Source: Bacteroidaceae bacterium
GTDB lineage: Bacteria > Bacteroidota > Bacteroidia > Bacteroidales > Bacteroidaceae
Assembly: GCA_017522915.1 (NCBI GenBank)
Contig: JAFWXX010000044.1
Location: forward strand, 1,363 to 65,362
Direction of reading: 5' to 3'
Length of the DNA stretch: 64,000 nt
Shown: positions 44,871 to 54,200 of the stretch, piece by piece
Numbering within the stretch: the stretch's first letter is position 1
Layout: each line of letters begins with the position of its first letter
The notes under the pieces: model-generated
The model's input: only the letters and a program-made list of their open reading frames with translations
Databases searched by the model: none
What the model was told of the DNA's origin: nothing
Position numbers and translations under genes: made by a program

Positions 44871-46595
44871 TTAATAAATTGCTTTGTAGATGTAGTCATA
44901 TACGAACTGTACATCCTTGATTTCGCCCCATCTGTTGCCTTCGTTGTCCTTATCGTAGAACAGCGGTGTATAGCTGTTGTCAACATCGGCTGCCGTGTTG
45001 AACTTGATTTCGGCTATAGCACCGTTTTCCCCGTCGAACATTATGATGTTCAGGTAGCGGCCGAGATCGTCGCTGAACATAGAGTTCTCCTCTGTGCGGA
45101 ATTTGATTCTTGTGATGTCATAACCCTCTGGTGCCTCATAGACTGTAAACCTGTCTCCGTTCGACACGTTGTAACGGTAAACTTTGTTCCCCTCGGCAAA
45201 GAAGAGGTTGGTTGTCGTAAACCAGGAGTTGTACGTTATGGTTGACATATCGGTCGGAGTTAGGCCGGCAAGCTTCTTTACATTATTGATCTTGTATGCA
45301 GCCTGTTTCTCCTCCTCCTCATTGGCACCGCTTCTCCTTTTGGCCTTGCTGCCGTCTCCGATATCCTGCATGACAAGCTCATAACGATAGTAGTCACCGG
45401 CAGCATCATCCCTGAATATGAAATAAGCGTTTTGTTGGTCATAGTTGTCACGGTAGTTTATATATCCCATGACAGCGGTCATTCCCTCCGGTGATTTCTG
45501 CAGGCCTTCCAGCTTTACATTTGCATCAAGCAACGGGCTCTTTGAGATGTAGCTGTCCTTGATAGAGTTTGCTTCGTCTATTGCAAATCCTGGGTCCTGC
45601 TTTGCAGCATACAGGAAACGGTTGTTTTTGGCATCCCACATGAGGAAACGGTTGTGCGTGATTGTCGCAGCTGTAATCTCATAATCGCTCTGGTGCAATA
45701 GGTCGGGGTTGTTCTCGCAGGCAAGCCCTGGCTTGTACAGAGCGTGGATATAGTTTCCGATGTAGGCCTCGCCGTTTTCCGAAAGAACAACCTTGTACTG
45801 TGTATAGTTTGACGGGTCACCGGTCTGTATGGTCCTTTTGTATGAGAAGTCCTCGCTCCCGCCTTTGAATATTTGCGGCGAAGTGTACTTTACTGTCATT
45901 CCATGAGGATTGTACGCTCTTGTCTCTCCGTTACTGCCGAAAATTGTCAGTGTACTGGTAACTCCTATATTTGACAAATCCTCAGGAATGTTCATGAATG
46001 TGGTATATCCTAATCCTGTTGCATTACCGTAGTAGTTGTTGTCTCTTGTTACATTCTTGACATCGGTGTATATCTTGGTCTCGTTTCCAATGACTTCGAT
46101 GTTGCCGAGCTTGCGATTGCCTTCATTGCCGTGAATGACAAATAGGCTGTTCTTGAACACCGGGCGTGTATTTATCTTGAACGCTGAGTAATGCGACAGC
46201 TCTGTGCTCTTGTCAAATATCTGTAGGAAGATGTTATATGACATGGGTTTCCCGATAGGCAGGTCGAATTCAAGGAATCCTTTGCTATGTAATGTATCCT
46301 TGACGCTCTTGCCTTTCTCATCAGTATATGACCTGCACCAGTAGAATTCAAGGTTGTCAAGATTGTTTGCAAGGGACTGGTCCAGGACAACCTCGATACG
46401 GCGTGTGCAGTTATCCTCTTCCAAGGCCTGCTGCACCTCGATGACATCTCCCTCGGCAGTCATAACAACAGACGGCACGAAAGTCACGGAATTTATCTTG
46501 TTCATTGAATCAAGCGAATAGTCATAGTTGCCTTTGTCTTCGTAGCAACCGGCCAGCACAGTCAGTGTCAGCAGAAGTGATGATATCTTTTTCAT
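44871..46595 (-). CDS. PKD-like family lipoprotein (family name from memory)
   Basis: 574 aa. Lipobox LAGC followed by YEDKGNYDY, the N-terminal signature I associate with this family. Confidence 0.6.
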   Translation of the reverse strand: MKKISSLLLTLTVLAGCYEDKGNYDYSLDSMNKINSVTFVPSVVMTAEGDVIEVQQALEEDNCTRRIEVVLDQSLANNLDNLEFYWCRSYTDEKGKSVKDTLHSKGFLEFDLPIGKPMSYNIFLQIFDKSTELSHYSAFKINTRPVFKNSLFVIHGNEGNRKLGNIEVIGNETKIYTDVKNVTRDNNYYGNATGLGYTTFMNIPEDLSNIGVTSTLTIFGSNGETRAYNPHGMTVKYTSPQIFKGGSEDFSYKRTIQTGDPSNYTQYKVVLSENGEAYIGNYIHALYKPGLACENNPDLLHQSDYEITAATITHNRFLMWDAKNNRFLYAAKQDPGFAIDEANSIKDSYISKSPLLDANVKLEGLQKSPEGMTAVMGYINYRDNYDQQNAYFIFRDDAAGDYYRYELVMQDIGDGSKAKRRSGANEEEEKQAAYKINNVKKLAGLTPTDMSTITYNSWFTTTNLFFAEGNKVYRYNVSNGDRFTVYEAPEGYDITRIKFRTEENSMFSDDLGRYLNIIMFDGENGAIAEIKFNTAADVDNSYTPLFYDKDNEGNRWGEIKDVQFVYDYIYKAIY

Positions 46596-46649
46596 AATAC
46601 TCTCTTTCGATGATTATTCTGTATTCTTTTACATTTCTTTTGCAGTTGC

Positions 46650-47999
46650 TCAGTCAAGTTCAACATCCGGTATGTCATATCTTCTTGTTATCGGACGCTT
46701 GTCGTTGGCTGCCTTTATGATGCGGTAGCACTCCTTAAGACGCTCCTCGCCGGCCAGCTGCTTCTTGCCGAACGGAGATTCGTCCCAACGGTAGGTGTTG
46801 TTCTCCTTGTCATATATGAACGGAAGGATTGATGCTGCAATGAAGTTTTCGGCACCGTCATCCTTCATCATTGTCTTAAGCATGAACTGGTACTTGTCGT
46901 CCTTGTATTCTCCGAAGTATTTCTTTGCTATTTCGGCTGTTCCTAGTCCGTTGGGGTCTTCCCACCAGAACGGGATTCTCATTCTGTAGTTGCTGTTGTT
47001 CTTCATCTCAACCCAGAACATATTCTTGTACTCCGAAATTGGACAGCCGTTCATTGCGTAGTTGTAATACTCGTTCAGCATGTCATATACATCGTTCTTG
47101 TGGAAATTGTCAGCCTCATCTTGCATCTTCTTTATAGCATCATCGCTTGAATATAGCGATGCGATATCCATGGTGTTGGAACCGCCGAGCATAGTTGTAA
47201 AACGGCAGAACTTGTTAGCTCTGAATATTCCCAGATATTGTTCGTACTCACTCCAGAAATAAGGTACTGTGTAAGCGGGACGTTCTGTTTCTGCAAGGAT
47301 AGGCAGGTCAACGGCAATAGGCTCTTCGGGTTCATTGGCAAGCAGTGCATTCACTGCGCTTACGTTTAGAGCCAATATCGAGTCGAATACGTGCATCCCA
47401 AGATTATTGTCATAAAGTTTCTCATAGAAACGGTTATTACCGGTATGGTTGGCAAGGAATATGTGTTTCTCCTTGCTCCACGTCCCAAGGTATGTATCGA
47501 CATGGCTATACCATACTGCCGGTTTACCGTATGACTCTGTCACATACAAGTTGATCTCGCTCTTTCCGTTTATCCCTGTACCGATATCTCCGCTGCCGTC
47601 AAGATAGATACATACGGCATAGGTAGTATCTTCCAGTTCAGGGCGTCTTACCTTGACTTTAATCTCCTTTTCGTATTCATTGTCGGCGAATACGACATGC
47701 TCTATTGTGACATCGGCCGGTGCATATCCTTCAATATTCTTTGTCTTGACTGACAATGCACGCCCTTCCTCCATAAGGTATCCGAGCAACTTGACCTTCA
47801 ATGCAACGGATACGGTATCGGGGTTGCCGACAATGTAGTCGCTGAAGTTCAGTCTCTTGTTGAAGTCGGCTGCATATTCATAGTCGAAATATGCTCCGTT
47901 AGCACCCTCGTCAAACAAATCGGGCTCACTTTCATCGCAGGCTGTGAATGCCACTGTAATGCATAACAGCCAAACTATATAGTCAATACTCTTTTTCAT
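46650..47999 (-). CDS. DUF4843-like lipoprotein with extended C-terminal domain (family from memory and locus context)
   Basis: Start chosen at MKKSIDYIVWLLCITVAFTAC (ATG 47999). Lipobox FTAC. Sits between SusD and the PKD-like gene, as in the recurrent Bacteroidales architecture. Confidence 0.5.
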   Translation of the reverse strand: MKKSIDYIVWLLCITVAFTACDESEPDLFDEGANGAYFDYEYAADFNKRLNFSDYIVGNPDTVSVALKVKLLGYLMEEGRALSVKTKNIEGYAPADVTIEHVVFADNEYEKEIKVKVRRPELEDTTYAVCIYLDGSGDIGTGINGKSEINLYVTESYGKPAVWYSHVDTYLGTWSKEKHIFLANHTGNNRFYEKLYDNNLGMHVFDSILALNVSAVNALLANEPEEPIAVDLPILAETERPAYTVPYFWSEYEQYLGIFRANKFCRFTTMLGGSNTMDIASLYSSDDAIKKMQDEADNFHKNDVYDMLNEYYNYAMNGCPISEYKNMFWVEMKNNSNYRMRIPFWWEDPNGLGTAEIAKKYFGEYKDDKYQFMLKTMMKDDGAENFIAASILPFIYDKENNTYRWDESPFGKKQLAGEERLKECYRIIKAANDKRPITRRYDIPDVELD

Positions 48000-48057
48000 A
48001 TAATTATCTATCATGTTTGAATGCTTCTGTTGTTGGTGTTGTATTTCTATAGCGGTA

Positions 48058-49494
48058 TTACTCAAGGTTCCCTTCCTCGTCCTCTGTCCATCCGTACTCA
48101 ACCTCTGCGTCGGGCAACGGGAAAATGAAATTCTCCTCCATGAGCGTTACGGTCGGGGAGTGTGCCAATGTGCCGGTAATGCCATGGGTCTTAAGGAACC
48201 AGAAGTACTGTCCTTCGCCGTAAAACTCCTTGCGGTACTCCTTGTTCAGTGCCGAAATGCATTGCTCTTCTGTATCGCATGTAACATCCTTTGCTTTGGA
48301 AATACCTCTCTTGTTGCGTACACTGTTGACAAACATTGCAGCCTCTTCGCTGTACTCCGAACCTTCACATGCAATATAATACATTTCGGGAAGTCGTATA
48401 AGAGGTATTATTTCGTTGTCGTTGTCAATGTACTTAAGTGAAATAGCCTGTTGCAGTTCATTGTTTCTGTAGAATGCTGTGCCTTTTGCACGCATGTCCT
48501 CGCTCTCCGAACCGATGCTTTCAAATATCGAGTTAAGTGTCGATATGCTAAGGTAGTACTTGGTGCCTATCTTTTCACCGATAGCAAAATAGTCGGACAG
48601 GTTGTCCTTCATCTCATGCATGTTCAGTCCGCAGATAACCTCCTTCGATAGTATCGGGTCGTTGTCGTTGCCGTTTTCAAGAGCAAGACCGCAATTGTCA
48701 ATTACCATTCGGGCATGTATGGCTGCACTGTCTTTCATACCTGCATAGTTGTAAACACGTGCCAGCATAGCGTTTATTGCATGGTAGTTGAAGCGGAAGT
48801 GCCGTCCTTCAATACGGTTGCTGAGGTCAAGGTCTTTCTCATAACTCATATACTCCCTGGCCTCCTTAAGGTCCTTTATGATTCTTGTGACAATCTCCTT
48901 TGCCGGCAGCAGAGGTTGCTTTGAGTGGTCTGCTGCAACGCGATAGGGAATACATTTCATCTCTTTGGCTTCGTCGCTTCCGGCATAGTTCATTGGGCCC
49001 CAACCACGCAACAGGTCAAAGTGCAGGAATGCGCGTAGTGCAAGTGCTTCACCGCGTATCATGCTGCGTGTGTCGGTGTTGGCAATTACTGATTCACCGT
49101 TCAGGTCCCACCATTTGAGCAGGTTGTTCACGTTTGCAATAGAGTGGTACTGCGAACCCCATATGTTTGCAAGCACACCCTTTGTGTTGTATGCACCGCT
49201 TGTCTCAGTATCGTATATATATACGCTGTTGCGGTCAGGAGTGCCGTCGGGTATCTTGTCATACATCTGTGCAAGCTGTTCCATAAGACCAAAGCTAAGA
49301 TTTTTGCCATACGTGTTTTCTTCGGTCATGGTTATGTATATTCCGGCAAGTGCACTCATGAAACCGTTCTCCGTCGTGAAGAGCTCTTCTGCCGGCACAT
49401 CTGTATTTGGAGCTACGTCCAGCCAGTCGGAACAAGAAGAGAGAGAGAACAGGCCTGTCAGGCCGGCAATAAGTATGTTTATGGTCTTTTTCAT
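48058..49494 (-). CDS. RagB/SusD-family outer-membrane lipoprotein
   Basis: 478 aa. Lipobox LSSCSDWLDV and the typical SusD N-terminus (P..DVPAEELFTTENG...ALAGIY). Directly downstream of SusC. Confidence 0.88.
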   Translation of the reverse strand: MKKTINILIAGLTGLFSLSSCSDWLDVAPNTDVPAEELFTTENGFMSALAGIYITMTEENTYGKNLSFGLMEQLAQMYDKIPDGTPDRNSVYIYDTETSGAYNTKGVLANIWGSQYHSIANVNNLLKWWDLNGESVIANTDTRSMIRGEALALRAFLHFDLLRGWGPMNYAGSDEAKEMKCIPYRVAADHSKQPLLPAKEIVTRIIKDLKEAREYMSYEKDLDLSNRIEGRHFRFNYHAINAMLARVYNYAGMKDSAAIHARMVIDNCGLALENGNDNDPILSKEVICGLNMHEMKDNLSDYFAIGEKIGTKYYLSISTLNSIFESIGSESEDMRAKGTAFYRNNELQQAISLKYIDNDNEIIPLIRLPEMYYIACEGSEYSEEAAMFVNSVRNKRGISKAKDVTCDTEEQCISALNKEYRKEFYGEGQYFWFLKTHGITGTLAHSPTVTLMEENFIFPLPDAEVEYGWTEDEEGNLE

Positions 49495-49521
49495 GTTTCT
49501 GTTATCTTTATATGGTATTTG

Positions 49522-52500
49522 TTATCTGAACATAATTGACAATGAAAGCGTGTATGAGCGTGCAAACGGATAGTCAAGGCCTCGTTCCATCTTTACAGGT
49601 GAGATGCGGGCTATGTCGTTTGTGGTGAAGTTCAATGCAACCACATCTACGTTTGCTCTGCGCAGGAACTTGAATTTTTCGCCTGTAAGCCTATAGCCGA
49701 CATTCAAGGTGGCGAATCTAATCTCGTTGTCATCCATGATAAAGCGTGTGCTTGCAGGAGTGTTTGCACCAGTGGGGCTGAAACCAACGAAGCGTGTCAC
49801 ATCGCCAGGCTTTTCCCAACGTCCCTGTCCTGCGCGCTCGTCAAGATTGTAAGCTACATTCTGGTTCTCAATCTTGTCAACAAGTGTCTGGTTATACAGG
49901 ACTCCGCCATACTTGTAGGTGAAGCCGAGAGAGCATGAGAAGTCCTTCCAGTTTATGCTGGTAGAGAGAGTTCCGCTTATCTTCGGGTTTGTATCGCCTA
50001 CTGGAACTTTGTCATTGGCACTCCAGACGAATGTCTTCGTGCCGTCACGTTTCAGGTAAACCTCTTTGCCGGTAACCGGGTCAACTCCCAGGGAGCGCAC
50101 CACATAGAGTGTTGTTGTCGATTCGCCCTCGCGGTATTGCGGCAGTGGGGCGTTGGCCGATTTCATCTGCTCTTCGTTGACTTTCTTCAAGTAATCGGAC
50201 AACTTGCGTATCTTGTTCTTGTTATGGTTCGCATTGACATTGACAGTCCAGAAGAACTGTTTGCGCAAGTTCTGTATGGCAATTACGTTCAATGAAAGGT
50301 CAAAGCCTCTGTTCTGCAGCTCTCCTGCATTCATGACCATTGTCGGGAAACCGGTAGAGGGAGCGAGATCGTAGCTTGTCAACAACTCCTTAGTGATGTT
50401 GTTGTAGTAGTTGAACGTTAGGTTCACACGATTTTTCCAGAATCCTAAGTCAACCGACAGACTGGTGTTGTGTGTCTCTGCCCAGCCCAGATCTGTATTG
50501 TTAAGTCCGGCAAGAAGAGCACCGAGGACCCCGAATGATTTGTAAGGACGCATGGTGCTGGAGAAACTGTAGTACTCAATGGCATCCGACGGGCTGAAGT
50601 TCTGTTCGCCGGTGACACCGTAGCTTGCACGGAACACAAGGTTTGACAGATAGCCCTTTAGCCATTTCTCATTGTGTGCATTCCAGCGTCCGCCCACTGA
50701 CCAGAACGGCACGAAGTCATGCTTTGCATATCTTGAAGAAGCCTCGCCGCTGATGTTGAAATCGACAGAGTAGCGGTTGTCGTAGCTGTATGAGAACTGT
50801 CCTATCAATCCTATTGAGCGTGAAATGTTCTCAGTACCGATGTTGCTCATGTTTGTCTCCATCTTGTTGCCGAAAATGAAGTCGTCCATGTGCGCATCGG
50901 GGTATCCTGTAGCCGAAAGGTTCACGTAATCGTTCCTGTCCTCGCTTATGGTCCAGTTGGCAAATACACTGAACAGGTGCTTCTTCAGCACAAGGTTATA
51001 GTTTATACCAAAGTTGTTCGACCATGAAGACATCTCACCGTCGCTCTTGAAGTAGCTTCCCTTGCGTGTAATGTCATCCTCAAGCTCAAAACTGGTATGG
51101 TCGGCCGGGAGGAACTTGTCTGTTCCGGCCATTCCTCTTGAATATGAGAACTGGTCAGTAATGCGCAGGTTCTTCAGGAGCATGTATTCAAGACTGAGAC
51201 TGGTAGTTATGTTCAGGCTGTTTGTCATGTCCTTTATTCCTACTGTGGCATCGTAAAGCGGGTTGGTGATTATTGTGCTCTGTCCGCTTACGGTATTATT
51301 GTCGAGAACCTTTATCTGCTTGCCATAACTATCCTCAGGTATATAATAAGGGTTAAGTCTTGTATATTGTGAGAATGAGCCGTAAGGGGAGTTCTGGCTC
51401 TCCGACTCCGACAGGCTTACATTCGCACGCATAGTGAACTTCTCCTTCATATATGTCATGTTGAAGTTTACGCCCTTTGTCTGGTTCTCCGACTCCTTCA
51501 TGACACCGGGCTGCATTGCCGCATTGAGGTCGAGACTGTAACGGAACACCTCAGTACCGCCGGCGATGCTTACTGAATGACGGTGCTGGAATGCCGTACG
51601 CAGAGGCTTTGAGAGCCAATATGTATCAACGCCGCCCAGAACATTACGCAAGTACTTGTTGTATAGGTTCATGTGGCTCGCGTTGTTGGGGTTGTACAGG
51701 CCGGCACGCCATTCCGTGTCGAGCTTTGTGGCTGCATCCATCATGTTGTAGTCGGTGAGGTCGGGTGTCTGTACCGTCATTGTTCCGTTGTATGAAACAG
51801 ACAGTGCACCGTCGGGAGCAACCTTTGTCTCTACTACAACTACGCCATTTGCAGCACGTGAGCCATATACCGAAGTTGCCGCAGCATCTTTCAGTATGGT
51901 AATGCTTTCGACACGTTCCGGGTCAAGGTCAAGGATTCGGCTCATAGGAACTATGAAGCCGTCAAGCACGAACAGCGGAGTGTTCGGACGGCTTGATACG
52001 TTGTCGAGCATCAGGTCCATGCTGTTCATGGACTTTGACCCCAATGACTGGTCTCCGCGAATCTGGAAGTCTGGCTCTGCGTTAGGGTCGGAACCGGTCC
52101 TGTTGTTCTCAATGACCTTGAAACTGGGGTCGAAGAACTGAAGGCTCTTCAGAATGTTCGTAGGGTTCATCTTTCTCAAGTCATCACCCTTTACCTCAAC
52201 ATAGTTTCCCGTAAAGCTGTTCTTGCTGCGGCGGCTGATACCGGTGATGACAACATCGTCAAGCTCTATGCTCGGTTTCAGCTCTATGACAAGGTTATGT
52301 TCGTTCTTTACAATCTGTTTTGAAACCGTTTCGTATCCCACGAAAGAGACACTGATAGACTCCTTCTTGTTAAGGCGTAGGCTGAACTTGCCGTCAATAT
52401 CGGTGATGCATCCTCTGGCTCCGTTGCTCTTGCCTGTTCCGTCTGTGATTAGCACCGTCGCTCCCACCAGCGGCTCTTTGTTGTCCTTGGCAAGAATCTG

Positions 52501-52890
52501 TCCCGATACGTTATATTCACCTTTGTCATCCTCGTGCTGTTTGTCGGGCCCTACGATTATCTGGTTGTTGCTCTCGTAGCTTATCACTACATCCTGGTCG
52601 CCTATAAGGTCGCCAAGGACCTTGTCAAGAGGCTTGTTCTTGACAGCAAGGCTTGTAGGCTTGTTTATGTTCCATAGCGATACGTCCTGCAATGTTATTT
52701 TCGCATTTGCAGCTTCTGCAACCATTTCCAGCACTTTGCCAAGAGGCTTGTTGCTTACTCTCAAGGTTACGGGTTTCTCTTTCCAATCGGCTGCTGCCTG
52801 TGCCTGCACACCTGTTATGCTGCATGCGAGCATGACGGCAACAATGGAAATTCTGCAGAAAAACCCTAATTCAGAAATAGCATTTCTCAT
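49522..52890 (-). CDS. SusC/RagA-family TonB-dependent outer-membrane transporter with N-terminal STN-type signalling extension
   Basis: 1122 aa. STN-like segment VTLRVSNKPLGKVLEMV...KNKPLDKVLGDLIGDQDVVISYE. CarboxypepD_reg-like GQILAKDNKEPLVGATVLI. Plug (DGFIV, VESITILKDAAATSVYGSRAANGVVVV). C-terminal barrel ending in F. Confidence 0.9.
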   Translation of the reverse strand: MRNAISELGFFCRISIVAVMLACSITGVQAQAAADWKEKPVTLRVSNKPLGKVLEMVAEAANAKITLQDVSLWNINKPTSLAVKNKPLDKVLGDLIGDQDVVISYESNNQIIVGPDKQHEDDKGEYNVSGQILAKDNKEPLVGATVLITDGTGKSNGARGCITDIDGKFSLRLNKKESISVSFVGYETVSKQIVKNEHNLVIELKPSIELDDVVITGISRRSKNSFTGNYVEVKGDDLRKMNPTNILKSLQFFDPSFKVIENNRTGSDPNAEPDFQIRGDQSLGSKSMNSMDLMLDNVSSRPNTPLFVLDGFIVPMSRILDLDPERVESITILKDAAATSVYGSRAANGVVVVETKVAPDGALSVSYNGTMTVQTPDLTDYNMMDAATKLDTEWRAGLYNPNNASHMNLYNKYLRNVLGGVDTYWLSKPLRTAFQHRHSVSIAGGTEVFRYSLDLNAAMQPGVMKESENQTKGVNFNMTYMKEKFTMRANVSLSESESQNSPYGSFSQYTRLNPYYIPEDSYGKQIKVLDNNTVSGQSTIITNPLYDATVGIKDMTNSLNITTSLSLEYMLLKNLRITDQFSYSRGMAGTDKFLPADHTSFELEDDITRKGSYFKSDGEMSSWSNNFGINYNLVLKKHLFSVFANWTISEDRNDYVNLSATGYPDAHMDDFIFGNKMETNMSNIGTENISRSIGLIGQFSYSYDNRYSVDFNISGEASSRYAKHDFVPFWSVGGRWNAHNEKWLKGYLSNLVFRASYGVTGEQNFSPSDAIEYYSFSSTMRPYKSFGVLGALLAGLNNTDLGWAETHNTSLSVDLGFWKNRVNLTFNYYNNITKELLTSYDLAPSTGFPTMVMNAGELQNRGFDLSLNVIAIQNLRKQFFWTVNVNANHNKNKIRKLSDYLKKVNEEQMKSANAPLPQYREGESTTTLYVVRSLGVDPVTGKEVYLKRDGTKTFVWSANDKVPVGDTNPKISGTLSTSINWKDFSCSLGFTYKYGGVLYNQTLVDKIENQNVAYNLDERAGQGRWEKPGDVTRFVGFSPTGANTPASTRFIMDDNEIRFATLNVGYRLTGEKFKFLRRANVDVVALNFTTNDIARISPVKMERGLDYPFARSYTLSLSIMFR

Positions 52891-52918
52891 AAGATTATTC
52901 AGTTAAATGTTTTTGCAT

Positions 52919-53887
52919 TTATTGTAGAAGCATGTCTATAATGCTCTTGTACGAAGCATTGCTGTTGTATTTCTCAAGATAGTCCTTGTATAGGACATCG
53001 GCTCTTTCAATCTCCTTGCCGTTCATGATGAAATTGCGAAGCAAGGTATAAAGCAGGAAGTCTCTCTGTTCGCCGCTGTAGAACGATGCGAACTCCTTGT
53101 ACATCTCTTCCATAACCTTAGGCATGCTGTATGTTTCGCCTTTCTCCCTTGCAGCCTTCTCGTTCATGTAAAAGCAGTATCGCATAAGAAGGCTTGCATA
53201 TTCGGGGCAGCTTAGCGACTCGGCGTCGTTTCTTGTAGTGTATCCCTCCGTGATGTTCCAATAGTCGCCTATTTCCTGGCTTGCAACGGCAAGCCCTCTT
53301 GTGCTTTCGTACATTACAGGGTACTCTATGAAAGACATATATACATCGTAGTCAACCATAGCCTTGACGTAGTTCTTTGCCTCGTCGCTTGCCTGGCTGT
53401 TCCCGATAAGGGCGTTTGCCTTTTCGAGCAGGATACGTGAATCGTCGATACGGCTCTTAGGCTTTATGTCGAGCGCGATGCAACCGAGAAGCTGCCCCTT
53501 GTATCGCATGCTCCTCTTTATATTTTCAATGCCCTTGAACAGGCGGTTGTTGTTTACTGCACGTTCCGAACCGCTGTATTCTACCTTTACGTTCTTTCCG
53601 TCGTAGTTGATGTCAACGTGCAGGCTGTCTCCGGGCTGGAGTACAACCTTGACTCGTCCGTTTATGGTCATGTACACAAGATTGTCGCAGTCGAAGCTGT
53701 AGATGTGCTCTTCACCAGGGTTTGTGTGGAACTCCTGTGCTATAAGCGGAGTCTGTACGCAGTCGAAATAGACCATATCTCTCTGGTAGCCATATATCTG
53801 TGCACTCAGAGTCGTCTTCTGTTGTGATGTTGCAGTACCCAAGAGTGAGATGATGGATATCAGTGCAAATAGCAGTTTCTTTTTCAT
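52919..53887 (-). CDS. secreted hypothetical protein resembling the N-terminal (DUF4369-like beta-sandwich plus helical) part of the TlpA paralogs but lacking a thioredoxin domain
   Basis: 322 aa. Signal peptide. No CxxC. Not FecR-like (no TM or anti-sigma signature). 28 nt upstream of SusC. Confidence 0.5.
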   Translation of the reverse strand: MKKKLLFALISIISLLGTATSQQKTTLSAQIYGYQRDMVYFDCVQTPLIAQEFHTNPGEEHIYSFDCDNLVYMTINGRVKVVLQPGDSLHVDINYDGKNVKVEYSGSERAVNNNRLFKGIENIKRSMRYKGQLLGCIALDIKPKSRIDDSRILLEKANALIGNSQASDEAKNYVKAMVDYDVYMSFIEYPVMYESTRGLAVASQEIGDYWNITEGYTTRNDAESLSCPEYASLLMRYCFYMNEKAAREKGETYSMPKVMEEMYKEFASFYSGEQRDFLLYTLLRNFIMNGKEIERADVLYKDYLEKYNSNASYKSIIDMLLQ

Positions 53888-54112
53888 AGTTGTATAATGA
53901 TTTTATATAAAACGTCTCAAAAATGCGAAATTTACCTTAAACAAAGCGAAATTATTGCAAAAGCATATAAAATCAAATTCTATGCCGGTGAAATTATGAA
54001 AATATATGTTAAAAAGGGTTTTTTCGCATTAGCGTGTGCCGGAAGCCGGATTTTTTATACTCCTGAGTCTCTAAAAACTACGATAATTTTACGCTGTTTC
54101 ATAAAATATGGC

Positions 54113-54120
54113 TACATTTG
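54113..54120 (+). promoter_or_regulatory. -7 promoter box (TAnnTTTG) for hut operon
   Basis: TACATTTG about 80 nt upstream of ATG 54201. Confidence 0.45.
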
Positions 54121-54125
54121 TAAGG

Positions 54126-54180
54126 AAGCTGCGTGGCTATCTTGTTGCAGGCAGTGCCGGCCTTGCAGCTTTTCTATTCG
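54126..54180 (+). promoter_or_regulatory. GC-rich leader hairpin followed by a T-run (possible attenuator or 5' stabiliser) in hut leader
   Basis: AAGCTGC (54126-54132) pairs with GCAGCTT (54165-54171). Inner GGC/GCC and GGCA-G-TGCC pairings. Followed by TTTTCTATT. Confidence 0.35.
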
Positions 54181-54200
54181 TATAGTCTAAAAACAAAAAT

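Noticed and set aside
52919-53887. The gene upstream of the STN-SusC as the expected FecR-like anti-sigma factor.
   Set aside because: It has a cleavable signal peptide rather than a cytoplasmic domain plus a single TM. It has no FecR or DUF4974-like features. It resembles the non-thioredoxin part of the downstream TlpA paralogs.
41426-53887. Calling the SusC/SusD locus a conventional polysaccharide utilisation locus.
   Set aside because: No carbohydrate-active enzyme or glycan sensor gene is present in or next to the operon. The accessory genes are redox proteins and lipoproteins, so a glycan substrate is not supported by the sequence.
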